20,580 bases of DNA, taken from positions 1-20,580 of the IMG/VR virus record IMGVR_UViG_2737471827_000003. One strand, 5' to 3'. The notes beneath the pieces were generated by a model. It saw only the letters and a list, made by a program, of their open reading frames with translations. It ran no database searches and was not told where the DNA came from. This DNA is from a virus. Taxonomy: Duplodnaviria; Heunggongvirae; Uroviricota; Caudoviricetes. A program made the position numbers and the translations under genes. Positions 1 to 7,286 of this stretch are shown piece after piece (the first letter of the stretch is position 1; each line of letters starts with the position of its first letter).

Positions 1-690
1 CAGCTGCGTGACCAGACATCAGAATCACTCGAGCAACTTGCTCATCAAAACTTGTCAGCATGGATGATTGACGTCATCCGTCACGCAATCAGCGGTACGC
101 AGGAGAGGGAGTTATCGCTGGCTGAATTATCCTGGTGGGCGGTCTGCAATCAGGTGGCTGATGCGCTTCCGGAGTCTGTATTGTGTCGTTCACTGGGATT
201 ACCGGTGGAAAAAATCCGCTCCGTATACCGTGAGAGTGACATCGTACCGGGAGAACAGACTGCCACCAGCATACTGAAGCAGCGCACAAAAAATATTGCG
301 CTGCCACTTCACGTCCACCAGCAACAGCCCCCACTCCAGGAAAAGACGTTAGTAAGCATCGCCGTTGATCCGGAGTCTCCGGCTCAGTATCTCCAGCGCC
401 AGAAACCACAACGGGAAGAGATGCCTGTATACACGCGCTGGGTAAAAACGCAGAAATGCATGACGTGCGGTAATCAGGCAGATGATCCGCATCACATCAT
501 TGGTCATGGACTGGGAGGGATGGGAACAAAGGCTGATGATTTGTTTGTTATTCCGCTGTGCCGTAAATGTCATAACGAACTGCACGCCGGGGTAAAAGAT
601 TTTGAAGAAAAACACGGCAGCCAGCTGTTGTTGCTGATTCGTTTTTTAATGCACGCGAGAAATTCGGGTGTCCTGAAGTGGAAAGCATGA
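1..690 (+). CDS. Prophage nin-region protein, DUF968/YdfU-like, 5'-partial (frame open to the window edge); C-terminal Cys/His-rich HNH-like motif
   Basis: Frame 1 has no stop from position 1 to the TGA at 688-690, so the gene starts upstream of the window. C-terminal motif CMTCGN...HHIIGHG...LCRKCHNELH (CxxC, HH, CxxCH). Sits immediately upstream of rusA as in lambdoid nin regions. Family assignment is from memory. Confidence 0.5.
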   Translation, partial: QLRDQTSESLEQLAHQNLSAWMIDVIRHAISGTQERELSLAELSWWAVCNQVADALPESVLCRSLGLPVEKIRSVYRESDIVPGEQTATSILKQRTKNIALPLHVHQQQPPLQEKTLVSIAVDPESPAQYLQRQKPQREEMPVYTRWVKTQKCMTCGNQADDPHHIIGHGLGGMGTKADDLFVIPLCRKCHNELHAGVKDFEEKHGSQLLLLIRFLMHARNSGVLKWKA

Positions 691-1056
691 ATGACTGAAC
701 GCATAGAATTTGTTTTGCCTTACCCGCCGACGGTGAATACTTACTGGCGACGTCGCGGCAGCACATATTTTGTATCAAAAGCCGGTGAGCGTTATCGCCG
801 AGATGTGGCGCTTATTGTTCGCCATCAGCAACTGAAATTAAACCTCTCCGGAAGGCTGGCGATAAAGATTATTGCAGAGCCACCGGATAAGCGCCGTCGT
901 GACCTGGACAATATCCTGAAAGCACCACTGGATGCGCTGACGCATGCCGGACTACTCATAGACGACGAGCAGTTTGATGAAATCAATATTGTGCGCGGTC
1001 AGCTCGTTCCTGGTGGGCGGCTGGGGATAAAAATCACAGAACTGGAGTGCGCATGA
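691..1056 (+). CDS. rusA: Crossover junction endodeoxyribonuclease RusA (Holliday junction resolvase)
   Basis: 121 aa translation MTERIEFVLPYPPTVNTYWRRRG...DLDNILKAPLDALTHAGLLIDDEQF matches the RusA family; position just upstream of Q is typical. Confidence 0.85.
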   Translation: MTERIEFVLPYPPTVNTYWRRRGSTYFVSKAGERYRRDVALIVRHQQLKLNLSGRLAIKIIAEPPDKRRRDLDNILKAPLDALTHAGLLIDDEQFDEINIVRGQLVPGGRLGIKITELECA

Positions 1057-1742
1057 ATAACCAGTATTTACAGTTTGTGCGTGAGCAGCTCATTATCGCC
1101 ACCGCTGATTTGAGTGGGGCAACAAAAGGTCAGCTTGAAGCCTGGCAGGAGAATGCCATGTTCGATACAGGGCGTTACAGGCGAAAAAAAATCCGGTACC
1201 GCGATGAAGTGACTGGAAAAATGATAACGCGGGATAATCCACCAATCCCGGGAAAACAATCACTGGCGAATGGCTCATCAATTGCCCTGGTCAGCCCGGT
1301 TGAGTTTTCGACATCATCATGGCGGCGGGCTTTGCTGTCTCTTGAAGAGCATCATAAAGCCTGGTTGTTGTGGTGTTACGGCGAGAGTATTTGTTGGGAA
1401 TATCAGATCGCGATAACACAGTGGGCGTGGAATGAATTTAATACTCAATCCGGTACCAGAAAAATTGCAGGGAAAACGCAGGAACGCCTGAAAAAATTAA
1501 TCTGGCTGGCGGCGCAGGCAGTAAAAGCAGAACTTTTTGGTGGGGAAGGTTATGAATACCAGGAGCTGGCATTACTGGCGGGAGTGACAACTAAAAACTG
1601 GTCCAAAACATTTACTCGTCACTGGGTTGCAATGAAACACATTTTTCAACGACTGGATAGTGAGGCTTTATTGTTTGTAATGAGAACACGTTCAAAACAA
1701 AAGGCGGCATTTTCAAAGCAAAGTGTTGCAAAAGTAGATTGA
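1053..1742 (+). CDS. Late-gene antiterminator, Q-like
   Basis: ORF directly downstream of rusA (overlapping its stop) and directly upstream of a sigma70-like promoter plus intrinsic terminator, the canonical Q/PR'/tR' arrangement. ATG at 1053 is preceded by GGAG at 1044-1047; the ORF track's start at 1047 is a GTG. Call is by synteny more than by recognised sequence. Confidence 0.6.
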   Translation: MNNQYLQFVREQLIIATADLSGATKGQLEAWQENAMFDTGRYRRKKIRYRDEVTGKMITRDNPPIPGKQSLANGSSIALVSPVEFSTSSWRRALLSLEEHHKAWLLWCYGESICWEYQIAITQWAWNEFNTQSGTRKIAGKTQERLKKLIWLAAQAVKAELFGGEGYEYQELALLAGVTTKNWSKTFTRHWVAMKHIFQRLDSEALLFVMRTRSKQKAAFSKQSVAKVD

Positions 1743-1754
1743 AAGGCATATATT
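1726..1754 (+). promoter_or_regulatory. Candidate late promoter PR' (-35 TTGCAA 1726-1731, 17-nt spacer, -10 TATATT 1749-1754), overlapping the Q stop codon
   Basis: Near-consensus sigma70 hexamers with 17-bp spacing, placed at the Q 3' end and about 50-80 nt upstream of an intrinsic terminator, as at lambda PR'/qut. Confidence 0.55.
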
Positions 1755-1804
1755 TCATGCAAATCTGATATTTTGCCGATTTTGTACGTGATGGCAAAAG
1801 CAAA

Positions 1805-1832
1805 CAAAACCCGCCCACAAGCGGGTTTTTTT
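1805..1832 (+). terminator. Rho-independent terminator, tR'-like
   Basis: Stem CCCGC (1810-1814), loop CCACAA, stem GCGGG (1821-1825), then T7 (1826-1832), preceded by an A-rich tract. Confidence 0.75.
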
Positions 1833-1868
1833 GTGCCACTTATCTCGGATAGACATGGTGAATGCGCT

Positions 1869-1876
1869 GGTGGAGG
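1869..1876. repeat. Target-site duplication (left copy) GGTGGAGG of the IS66-family insertion
   Basis: The identical 8-mer occurs at 4576-4583, immediately outside the other IS terminus. Confidence 0.8.
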
Positions 1877-1906
1877 GTAAGCGACTCGTCAGAACCGTAT
1901 TGATAT

Positions 1907-3478
1907 TTACTGAGAGCTCAGATCAACTTTCCAGGGCAACAGATCGCGTACCCGGTTTGCCGGCCAGTCCTGGATATGTTCAATGACGTAACGCAGCCAC
2001 TTTTCTGGCTCCACATTGTTCAGACGGCATGTGCCGATCAGCGAGTACAACACCGCCGCATGTTCACCACCGCTGTCGGAACCCGCGAACATCCAGTTTT
2101 TCCGGCCTACGGCCACTCCCCGTAAGGCGTTCTCTGCGATGTTGTTGTCGATTTCCACCCAGCCATTACTGCAGTACACGTTCAGTGCATCCCACTGTTT
2201 CAGCAGGTATGCGAACGCTTTTGCCGTATCTGAGTGACGCGACAGTGTTTTCATCTGTTGCTGTATCCAGTCATACAGTGACTGCATCAGTGGCGCGGCT
2301 CTGGCTTTTCTTGCCGCCAGACGCTGTTCTGCTGAACAGCCCCGGACCTCTGCCTCGATGGCATACAGTTCACCGATACGCTGCAGGGCTTCCGTGGTGA
2401 TGTAGGTGGACGCTCTTGCATGCACATCGTGGATTTTTCTCCGGGCATGAGCCATACACGCGGCTTCCGTTATTCTGCCGGATTCGTATAACGCCCGGTA
2501 ACCACCGTAAGCATCGGCCTGAAGCACACCGCTGTAACCGGCCAGGTGATTTTGTGGATGGATACCTTTCCGGTCCGGACTGTACGCGAACCAGACCGCC
2601 GGGGGCATCTGTGAACCGGCGTTACGGTCATCACGGACGTAGACCCACAGCCGGGCTGTCCGGGTTTTACCGCTGCCCGGCTCCTGGACCGGGACGGGGA
2701 TATCATCAGCATGGACTTTACCGGGCATCAGCACATACTGGCGCAGGACGTCATACAGCGGCTCCAGCAGTTCAGCAACAGCACCTGTCCAGCGCCCCAG
2801 TGTGGCACGGCTCAGCTCCACTCCCTGACGACGGTATATTTCTGACTGGCGGTATAACGGCAGATGGTCTGCATATTTCCCGGTGACAACATGGGCCAGA
2901 AGCCCCGCTCCGGCATAACTGCGTGCAATGGGTTTTGAAGGTACTGGTGCCTGCACGATATGGTCGCACCGGCAACAGGCCTGTTTCGGACGTTGTGTTT
3001 CGATAACCTTAAAGGCGCTGCTGATAAGCTCCAGTTGCTCTGACACATCACATCCCAGAGAACTGAGTTCACCACCACAGGCAGGACAGCATTCCTCTTC
3101 CGGCCGGATAACCCGGGTTTCACGGGGAAGTGAGGCCGGTAACGGTTTACGGGCTGAAGACTGGCGCAGGGCGGATGGCAGTACCGGGTCATATTGCTCA
3201 CCCAGCGTTTCCGCCATTTCTTCCTGAAGTGCGCTGATTCGCTCCTGTGCTTCCTGTATCTGCCGTTCGGTTTTTGCACGAAGTTTTTCTGAGCTTTTAC
3301 CGAACTGCATACGTTGCAGTTTCGCAACCAGCGCCTTCAGCCGGTTGATTTCGGAAGCATAAGCCGCCACCCGCTGTGAGAGCAGGCGGTTGTATTCAGC
3401 CATCTGGCGGATGGTGTCCTGTTGCGTCTGCAACAGTGCCCGCAGGCGGGCGTTCTCATGAGCAAGTGAGGTGTCCAT
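1907..3478 (-). CDS. IS66-family transposase (third and largest ORF of the element)
   Basis: 523 aa with an N-terminal coiled-coil/leucine-zipper region, a CxxC...CxxC cluster, and a central/C-terminal region typical of IS66 TnpC-type transposases. Confidence 0.85.
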   Translation of the reverse strand: MDTSLAHENARLRALLQTQQDTIRQMAEYNRLLSQRVAAYASEINRLKALVAKLQRMQFGKSSEKLRAKTERQIQEAQERISALQEEMAETLGEQYDPVLPSALRQSSARKPLPASLPRETRVIRPEEECCPACGGELSSLGCDVSEQLELISSAFKVIETQRPKQACCRCDHIVQAPVPSKPIARSYAGAGLLAHVVTGKYADHLPLYRQSEIYRRQGVELSRATLGRWTGAVAELLEPLYDVLRQYVLMPGKVHADDIPVPVQEPGSGKTRTARLWVYVRDDRNAGSQMPPAVWFAYSPDRKGIHPQNHLAGYSGVLQADAYGGYRALYESGRITEAACMAHARRKIHDVHARASTYITTEALQRIGELYAIEAEVRGCSAEQRLAARKARAAPLMQSLYDWIQQQMKTLSRHSDTAKAFAYLLKQWDALNVYCSNGWVEIDNNIAENALRGVAVGRKNWMFAGSDSGGEHAAVLYSLIGTCRLNNVEPEKWLRYVIEHIQDWPANRVRDLLPWKVDLSSQ

Positions 3479-3497
3479 ATCCTCACTTTACAACGGG

Positions 3498-3845
3498 TTA
3501 TATGCGGATTCCAGCGCGTTCCGTTCGTTTCGGGTGCTTCCAGTTGATACCTTCAAGAAGCATGGATAACTGAGCCGGAGTAAGGTGCACCTTGCCGTCA
3601 CGGGTGACTGGCCAGACGAAGCGGCCCCGCTCCAGGCGTTTGGTGAAGAGGCACAGTCCGTCACTGTCAGCCCACAACACTTTTATCTGGTCACCCCGGC
3701 GTCCGCGGAAGATGAACAGGTGTCCGGAGAACGGGTCATCCTTCAGGACGTTCTGAACTTTTGATGCCAGGCCGTTAAAGCCATTTCGCATATCGGTGAT
3801 ACCTGCAACCAGCCAGATACGCGAACCTGCAGGGAGAGATATCAT
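3498..3845 (-). CDS. IS66-family accessory protein, Orf2/TnpB-like
   Basis: 115 aa, MISLPAGSRIWLVAGITDMRNGFNGLA...; conserved IS66 Orf2 signature; start overlaps the upstream ORF (ATGA). Confidence 0.85.
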   Translation of the reverse strand: MISLPAGSRIWLVAGITDMRNGFNGLASKVQNVLKDDPFSGHLFIFRGRRGDQIKVLWADSDGLCLFTKRLERGRFVWPVTRDGKVHLTPAQLSMLLEGINWKHPKRTERAGIRI

Positions 3846-4522
3846 CAGTGGCTGCTCCCTTTTATTTCGCGGATAAGTGTCTGTAATAACGCCGGCGTCA
3901 GTTTACCTTTAAGCCTGAGAGTTCCGGCCGGCAGAACCAGCTCACAACACAGACTGTCGGACGGTGTATTTATCTGCTCTGGTTCCTGTGCGGGGGCCGG
4001 GATTTTATTATCCGGCTCCGGCGTTAACGTCACGGGAAGCAGTGCCGGCATATTTTTTCCGGAAGGCAGCAGGCCACCTTTCCGGTATTGATGGCGCCAG
4101 TTGAAGAGCAGGTTATCGTTGATTCCGTTTTCCCGGGCGATCTGCGCCACACAGGCTCCGGGCTGCAGTGACTGCTCCACTAAGGCGATTTTAAACTCAT
4201 AAGGGAAGTTGGGCCGCCGGGGACGTTTTTTTACCACGGGGGCTTCGGATATAACGGTGCTTTCAGGACGTACGACTGGTACCGTGGAAAATTGTCCGTA
4301 AAGGCAGGCATCAAGTTCCTGCTCCGACATGCCTGCGGGCAAAGGCCACGAAAGGCCAGCTCTCCGAAAGCGCACGAACATACTACAAACTGTTGATTTT
4401 GGTACACCCAGGCGACGCCCGGCCACAACCCGGGGTAAATGTTCTTCAAAGTGAAGACGTAAAGCTTCAGTGATCCAGGTCCGGTGTTTCATACGATAGT
4501 GTCCATTAAAAATGATGGACAT
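3845..4522 (-). CDS. IS66-family accessory protein, Orf1/TnpA-like, with an N-terminal HTH-like extension (true start uncertain)
   Basis: C-terminal part ...RRPNFPYEFKIALVEQSLQPGACVAQIARENGINDNLLFNWRHQYRKG resembles IS66 Orf1. The 225-aa longest ORF is longer than typical, so an internal start is possible. Confidence 0.65.
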   Translation of the reverse strand: MSIIFNGHYRMKHRTWITEALRLHFEEHLPRVVAGRRLGVPKSTVCSMFVRFRRAGLSWPLPAGMSEQELDACLYGQFSTVPVVRPESTVISEAPVVKKRPRRPNFPYEFKIALVEQSLQPGACVAQIARENGINDNLLFNWRHQYRKGGLLPSGKNMPALLPVTLTPEPDNKIPAPAQEPEQINTPSDSLCCELVLPAGTLRLKGKLTPALLQTLIREIKGSSH

Positions 4523-4575
4523 TATTTTTGTAGAGCCGGAGGAAACAGACCAGACGGTTTAAATGAGCCGGTTAC

Positions 4576-4583
4576 GGTGGAGG
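4576..4583. repeat. Target-site duplication (right copy) GGTGGAGG
   Basis: Identical to 1869-1876. Confidence 0.8.
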
Positions 4584-4659
4584 AGCTAAGGGTGATTTTT
4601 AACCAGGTGATTTTTGAATGCTTGCAACATTGATTTCGTAACGTTATTATCCTGCGCCC

Positions 4660-4735
4660 GGCCCTTTAGCTCAGAGGTGAGAGCGAGCGACTCATAATCG
4701 CCAGGTCGCTGGTTCAAATCCAGCAAGGGCCACCA
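4660..4735 (+). tRNA. tRNA-Ile2-like (anticodon CAU, presumably lysidine-modified; formally Met by anticodon)
   Basis: Cloverleaf folded by hand: acceptor GGCCCTT/AAGGGCC, anticodon loop CTCATAA, T-loop TTCAAAT, encoded CCA. Overall strongly resembles E. coli ileX-type tRNA (recalled from memory). Confidence 0.75.
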
Positions 4736-4736
4736 A

Positions 4737-4813
4737 CCGCCACTAGCTCATCAGGAAAGAGCGTCAACCCTTTAAGTTGAGTGTGCGAGGTTCGAGTCCC
4801 CGGTGGCGGTCCA
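4737..4813 (+). tRNA. tRNA, isotype uncertain (anticodon loop CCUUUAA; nominal anticodon UUU, but C at position 33 is atypical)
   Basis: Acceptor CCGCCAC/GTGGCGG, D-stem GCTC/GAGC, anticodon stem TCAAC/GTTGA, T-loop TTCGAGT, encoded CCA; 77 nt. One A:C mismatch in the T-stem. Confidence 0.6.
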
Positions 4814-4815
4814 GT

Positions 4816-4891
<76 letters not shown>

Positions 4892-4894
4892 TAT

Positions 4895-4969
<75 letters not shown>

Positions 4970-4975
4970 GTTAGA

Positions 4976-5021
4976 GTCTTTCAGTCTGCGATGATGGGAA
5001 ATCCCGGAGTGACTGAAAGAC
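4976..5021. repeat. Inverted repeat, 11-bp arms (GTCTTTCAGTC / GACTGAAAGAC) around a 24-nt loop
   Basis: The arms are exact reverse complements (4976-4986 and 5011-5021); the loop contains GGGAAATCCC. Confidence 0.7.
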
Positions 5022-5028
5022 GTTTAAG

Positions 5029-5100
5029 TTATGAATGATCGCTTTTTTTGCAAAATTGCTGTGCAGAAATACTAACCTTCGGGCAGGCGATCATTCATAA
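5029..5100. repeat. Perfect 14-bp inverted repeat (TTATGAATGATCGC / GCGATCATTCATAA) separated by 44 nt
   Basis: Exact reverse-complement arms at 5029-5042 and 5087-5100. Confidence 0.7.
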
Positions 5101-5176
5101 GCACTCTGCTTTTATTCCGATTAACTGTGGGTGGTTTGTTGGATAGAGTGCTTCCCTTTCTGTATATATCGTTTCG

Positions 5177-5200
5177 CCCGCTTTTGCGGGTTTTTCTTTT
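5177..5200 (+). terminator. Rho-independent terminator-like hairpin upstream of the holin gene
   Basis: Stem CCCGC, loop TTTT, stem GCGGG, followed by TTTTTCTTTT. Confidence 0.6.
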
Positions 5201-5260
5201 CAAATCCCTTTCATTTCTCAGTGTAAAACTACGCCATCCGTTATTTGCGGAGGTGAGGCT

Positions 5261-5476
5261 ATGAAATCCATGGACAAAATTTCAACGGGCATTGCCTATG
5301 GCACCTCCGCAGGCAGTGCTGGCTACTGGTTTTTACAGTGGCTTGATCAGGTCAGTCCGTCACAGTGGGCTGCGATTGGTGTGCTGGGGAGTCTGGTTCT
5401 GGGCTTCCTGACTTATCTGACAAATCTGTACTTCAAAATCAGAGAAGACAAGCGTAAGGCTGCACGGGGAGAGTAA
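5261..5476 (+). CDS. S: Class II holin (pinholin), phage 21 S-like, with dual-start motif M1-K-S-M4
   Basis: 71 aa [30 protein letters not shown]...[35 protein letters not shown], close to the phage 21 S holin as recalled; two transmembrane segments; preceded by GGAGG. Confidence 0.9.
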   Translation: MKSMDKISTGIAYGTSAGSAGYWFLQWLDQVSPSQWAAIGVLGSLVLGFLTYLTNLYFKIREDKRKAARGE

Positions 5477-5480
5477 TTCA

Positions 5481-5832
5481 ATGACTCAAAACTATGAACT
5501 GATTGTGAAAGGGATCCGCAATTTTGAGAATAAAGTTACGGTAACTTTAGCGTTACGGGACAAAAAAACGCTTTGACGGTGAAATTTTTGACCTGGACAT
5601 CTCGCTGGACCGTGTTGAAGGTGCCGCGCTGGAGTTTTATGAGGCAGCAGCCAGAAGGAGCATCAGACAGGTCTTCCTGGATGTTGCTGCCGGGTTATGT
5701 GAAGGGGATGAGCAGTCGCCGGAAAAGCGCCCCGTAATTTTAGATGCGCAGAATGTGTGGATAACCTACAAAGGAAAGCTACCAGGAAGAATTACTGGTT
5801 CTCTGAAGACTCCTCCGGAATCACAACCTTAA
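5481..5832 (+). pseudogene. Hypothetical lysis-cassette ORF interrupted by a frameshift in an A7 tract (5562-5568); the two halves together would give about 116 aa
   Basis: Frame 0: ATG 5481 ... MTQNYELIVKGIRNFENKVTVTLALRDKKTL, stop TGA at 5574-5576. The frame offset by one continues without a usable start codon: DGEIFDLDISLDRVEGAALEFYEAAARRSIRQVFLDVAAGLCEGDEQSPEKRPVILDAQNVWITYKGKLPGRITGSLKTPPESQP, stop TAA at 5830-5832. Both pieces fall below the ORF-track threshold. Confidence 0.6.
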
Positions 5833-5895
5833 GTCACTGACCGGAACAGATAAACCTGTCCGTGGGCAGAAACCGATAAATCCTGATAAATATCC

Positions 5896-6429
5896 ATGAA
5901 CGCAAAAATCAGATACGGCCTGTCGGCTGCCGTTCTGGCACTGATTGCCGTCGGTGCGCTCGCGCCTGATATTCTCGACCAGTTTCTGGATGAAAAAGAA
6001 GGTAACCACACAACGGCATACCGCGATGGGTCCGGCATCTGGACCATCTGTCGGGGTGCCACGATGGTGGATGGAAAACCCGTTTTTCCCGGTATGAAAC
6101 TGTCGAAGGAAAAATGCGACCAGGTCAACGCCATTGAGCGTGATAAGGCGCTGGCATGGGTGGAGCGCAATATTAAAGTACCACTGACCGAACCACAAAA
6201 AGCGGGTATCGCGTCATTTTGTCCCTATAACATTGGCCCCGGTAAGTGTTTTCCGTCGACGTTTTATAAGCGGCTGAATGCCGGTGATCGTAAGGGCGCA
6301 TGCGAGGCGATTCGCTGGTGGATAAAAGATGGTGGGCGCGATTGCCGCATACGTTCAAATAACTGCTATGGACAGGTTATTCGTCGTGACCAGGAAAGCG
6401 CATTAGCCTGTTGGGGGATAGATCAGTGA
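5896..6429 (+). CDS. R: Endolysin, T4-lysozyme-type (GH24) with N-terminal SAR (signal-anchor-release) domain
   Basis: 177 aa; weakly hydrophobic Ala/Gly-rich N-terminus ([17 protein letters not shown]) followed by a catalytic E...D...T spacing ([22 protein letters not shown]); paired with a pinholin. Confidence 0.9.
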   Translation: MNAKIRYGLSAAVLALIAVGALAPDILDQFLDEKEGNHTTAYRDGSGIWTICRGATMVDGKPVFPGMKLSKEKCDQVNAIERDKALAWVERNIKVPLTEPQKAGIASFCPYNIGPGKCFPSTFYKRLNAGDRKGACEAIRWWIKDGGRDCRIRSNNCYGQVIRRDQESALACWGIDQ

Positions 6430-6893
6430 GCAGAGTCGCCGCGATTATTTATGCTCTGGTTATCTGCATCATCGTCTGCCTGTCGTGGGCGGTCAATCAT
6501 TACCGTGATAACGCCATCGCCTACAAAGAACAGCGTGATAAAAAAGTCAGTGAGCTGAAGCTGGCGATCGCCACCATCGCTGACATGCAGCAGCGTCAGC
6601 GTGATGTTGCTGCGCTCGATGCAAAGTACTCGAGAGAATTAGCCAATGCGCAAGCTGAAAATGAAACTCTGCGCGCTGATGTTGCCGCTGGCCGTAAGCG
6701 CCTGCGGGTCAATGCCAGTTGCTCCGCAGCCGTGCGTGAAGCCACCGGACCCACCAGCGTGGATAATGCAACCATCCCCCGACTGGCAGACACCGCTGAA
6801 CGGGATTATTTCACCCTCAGAGACCGATTGATGACGATGCAGATGCAACTGGAAGGGGCGCAGGAATATATCCGCACTCAGTGCATTAAGTAG
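6426..6893 (+). CDS. Rz: Spanin inner-membrane subunit Rz (i-spanin)
   Basis: Translation from GTG 6426, (M)[37 protein letters not shown]..., is near-identical in pattern to lambda Rz; overlaps the endolysin stop. Confidence 0.85.
   Translation: MSRVAAIIYALVICIIVCLSWAVNHYRDNAIAYKEQRDKKVSELKLAIATIADMQQRQRDVAALDAKYSRELANAQAENETLRADVAAGRKRLRVNASCSAAVREATGPTSVDNATIPRLADTAERDYFTLRDRLMTMQMQLEGAQEYIRTQCIK
6646..6831 (+). CDS. Rz1: Spanin outer-membrane lipoprotein Rz1 (o-spanin), nested inside Rz in another frame
   Basis: 61 aa [61 protein letters not shown]; lipobox-like LAVSAC and proline-rich, lambda Rz1-like. Confidence 0.85.
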   Translation: MRKLKMKLCALMLPLAVSACGSMPVAPQPCVKPPDPPAWIMQPSPDWQTPLNGIISPSETD

Positions 6894-6935
6894 CCTTTTT
6901 ATCGTGGTAAACATTTCGCAGGGTATGAGGTATTT

Positions 6936-7286
6936 ATGCCATCACGAATCCCACGCGCCTGCCGTAAGCGTGGATGTGCAGGTACAACCACAGACAGTTC
7001 TGGTTACTGCGATAAACATCGTGGCGAAGGATGGGTACAGCATCAACGCGGACTGAGCCGCCACCAGCGTGGCTATGGCTCGAAATGGGATGCCATACGT
7101 GCGCGCATACTGAAGCGTGATAATCATCTGTGTCAGAACTGCCTGCGCAATGGGAGAGTCGTTGAAGCCAGAACTGTGGACCACATCATTCCGAAAGCTC
7201 ATGGTGGCACGGATGCAGACAGTAACCTGCAGAGTCTGTGCTGGCCCTGTCATAAAGCAAAAACAGCGCGCGAACGCATCAATTGA
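6936..7286 (+). CDS. HNH endonuclease, phage packaging-associated
   Basis: 116 aa with CxxC...C...H, DHIIPKAHGG...N...LCWPCH (HNH motif); immediately upstream of the terminase genes. Confidence 0.85.
   Translation: MPSRIPRACRKRGCAGTTTDSSGYCDKHRGEGWVQHQRGLSRHQRGYGSKWDAIRARILKRDNHLCQNCLRNGRVVEARTVDHIIPKAHGGTDADSNLQSLCWPCHKAKTARERIN

Larger units (their letters stand above)
1877..4575 (-). mobile_element. IS66-family insertion sequence, about 2.7 kb, apparently intact (three ORFs, imperfect terminal inverted repeats, 8-bp TSD)
   Basis: Left end GTAAGCGACTCGTCAGAACCG... and the reverse complement of the right end GTAACCGGCTCATTTAAACCG... both begin GTAA and match at roughly 17 of the first 26 positions. 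Flanked by a perfect 8-bp direct repeat. Contains the IS66-type three-gene arrangement on the minus strand. Confidence 0.85.

Noticed and set aside
2812-3327. 171-aa minus-strand ORF and several + strand ORFs (2029-2400, 2416-2886) inside the IS66 transposase gene
   Set aside because: Alternative frames and antisense of the 523-aa transposase ORF; the IS66 three-ORF organisation already accounts for the coding capacity.
5136-5168. Possible sigma70 promoter (TTGTTG ... TATATA) upstream of the holin gene
   Set aside because: Spacer between the candidate hexamers is about 21 nt, too long for a functional promoter; late genes are expected to be driven from PR' by antitermination.
4970-5260. Possibility that stxAB or another toxin cargo is present downstream of the tRNAs
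   Set aside because: No ORF of appropriate size exists between the tRNAs and the holin; the segment is non-coding, so this is a stx-negative prophage.
5821-6198. Two overlapping minus-strand ORFs (125 and 113 aa) across the endolysin gene
   Set aside because: Antisense to the well-supported SAR endolysin; no start-site support.
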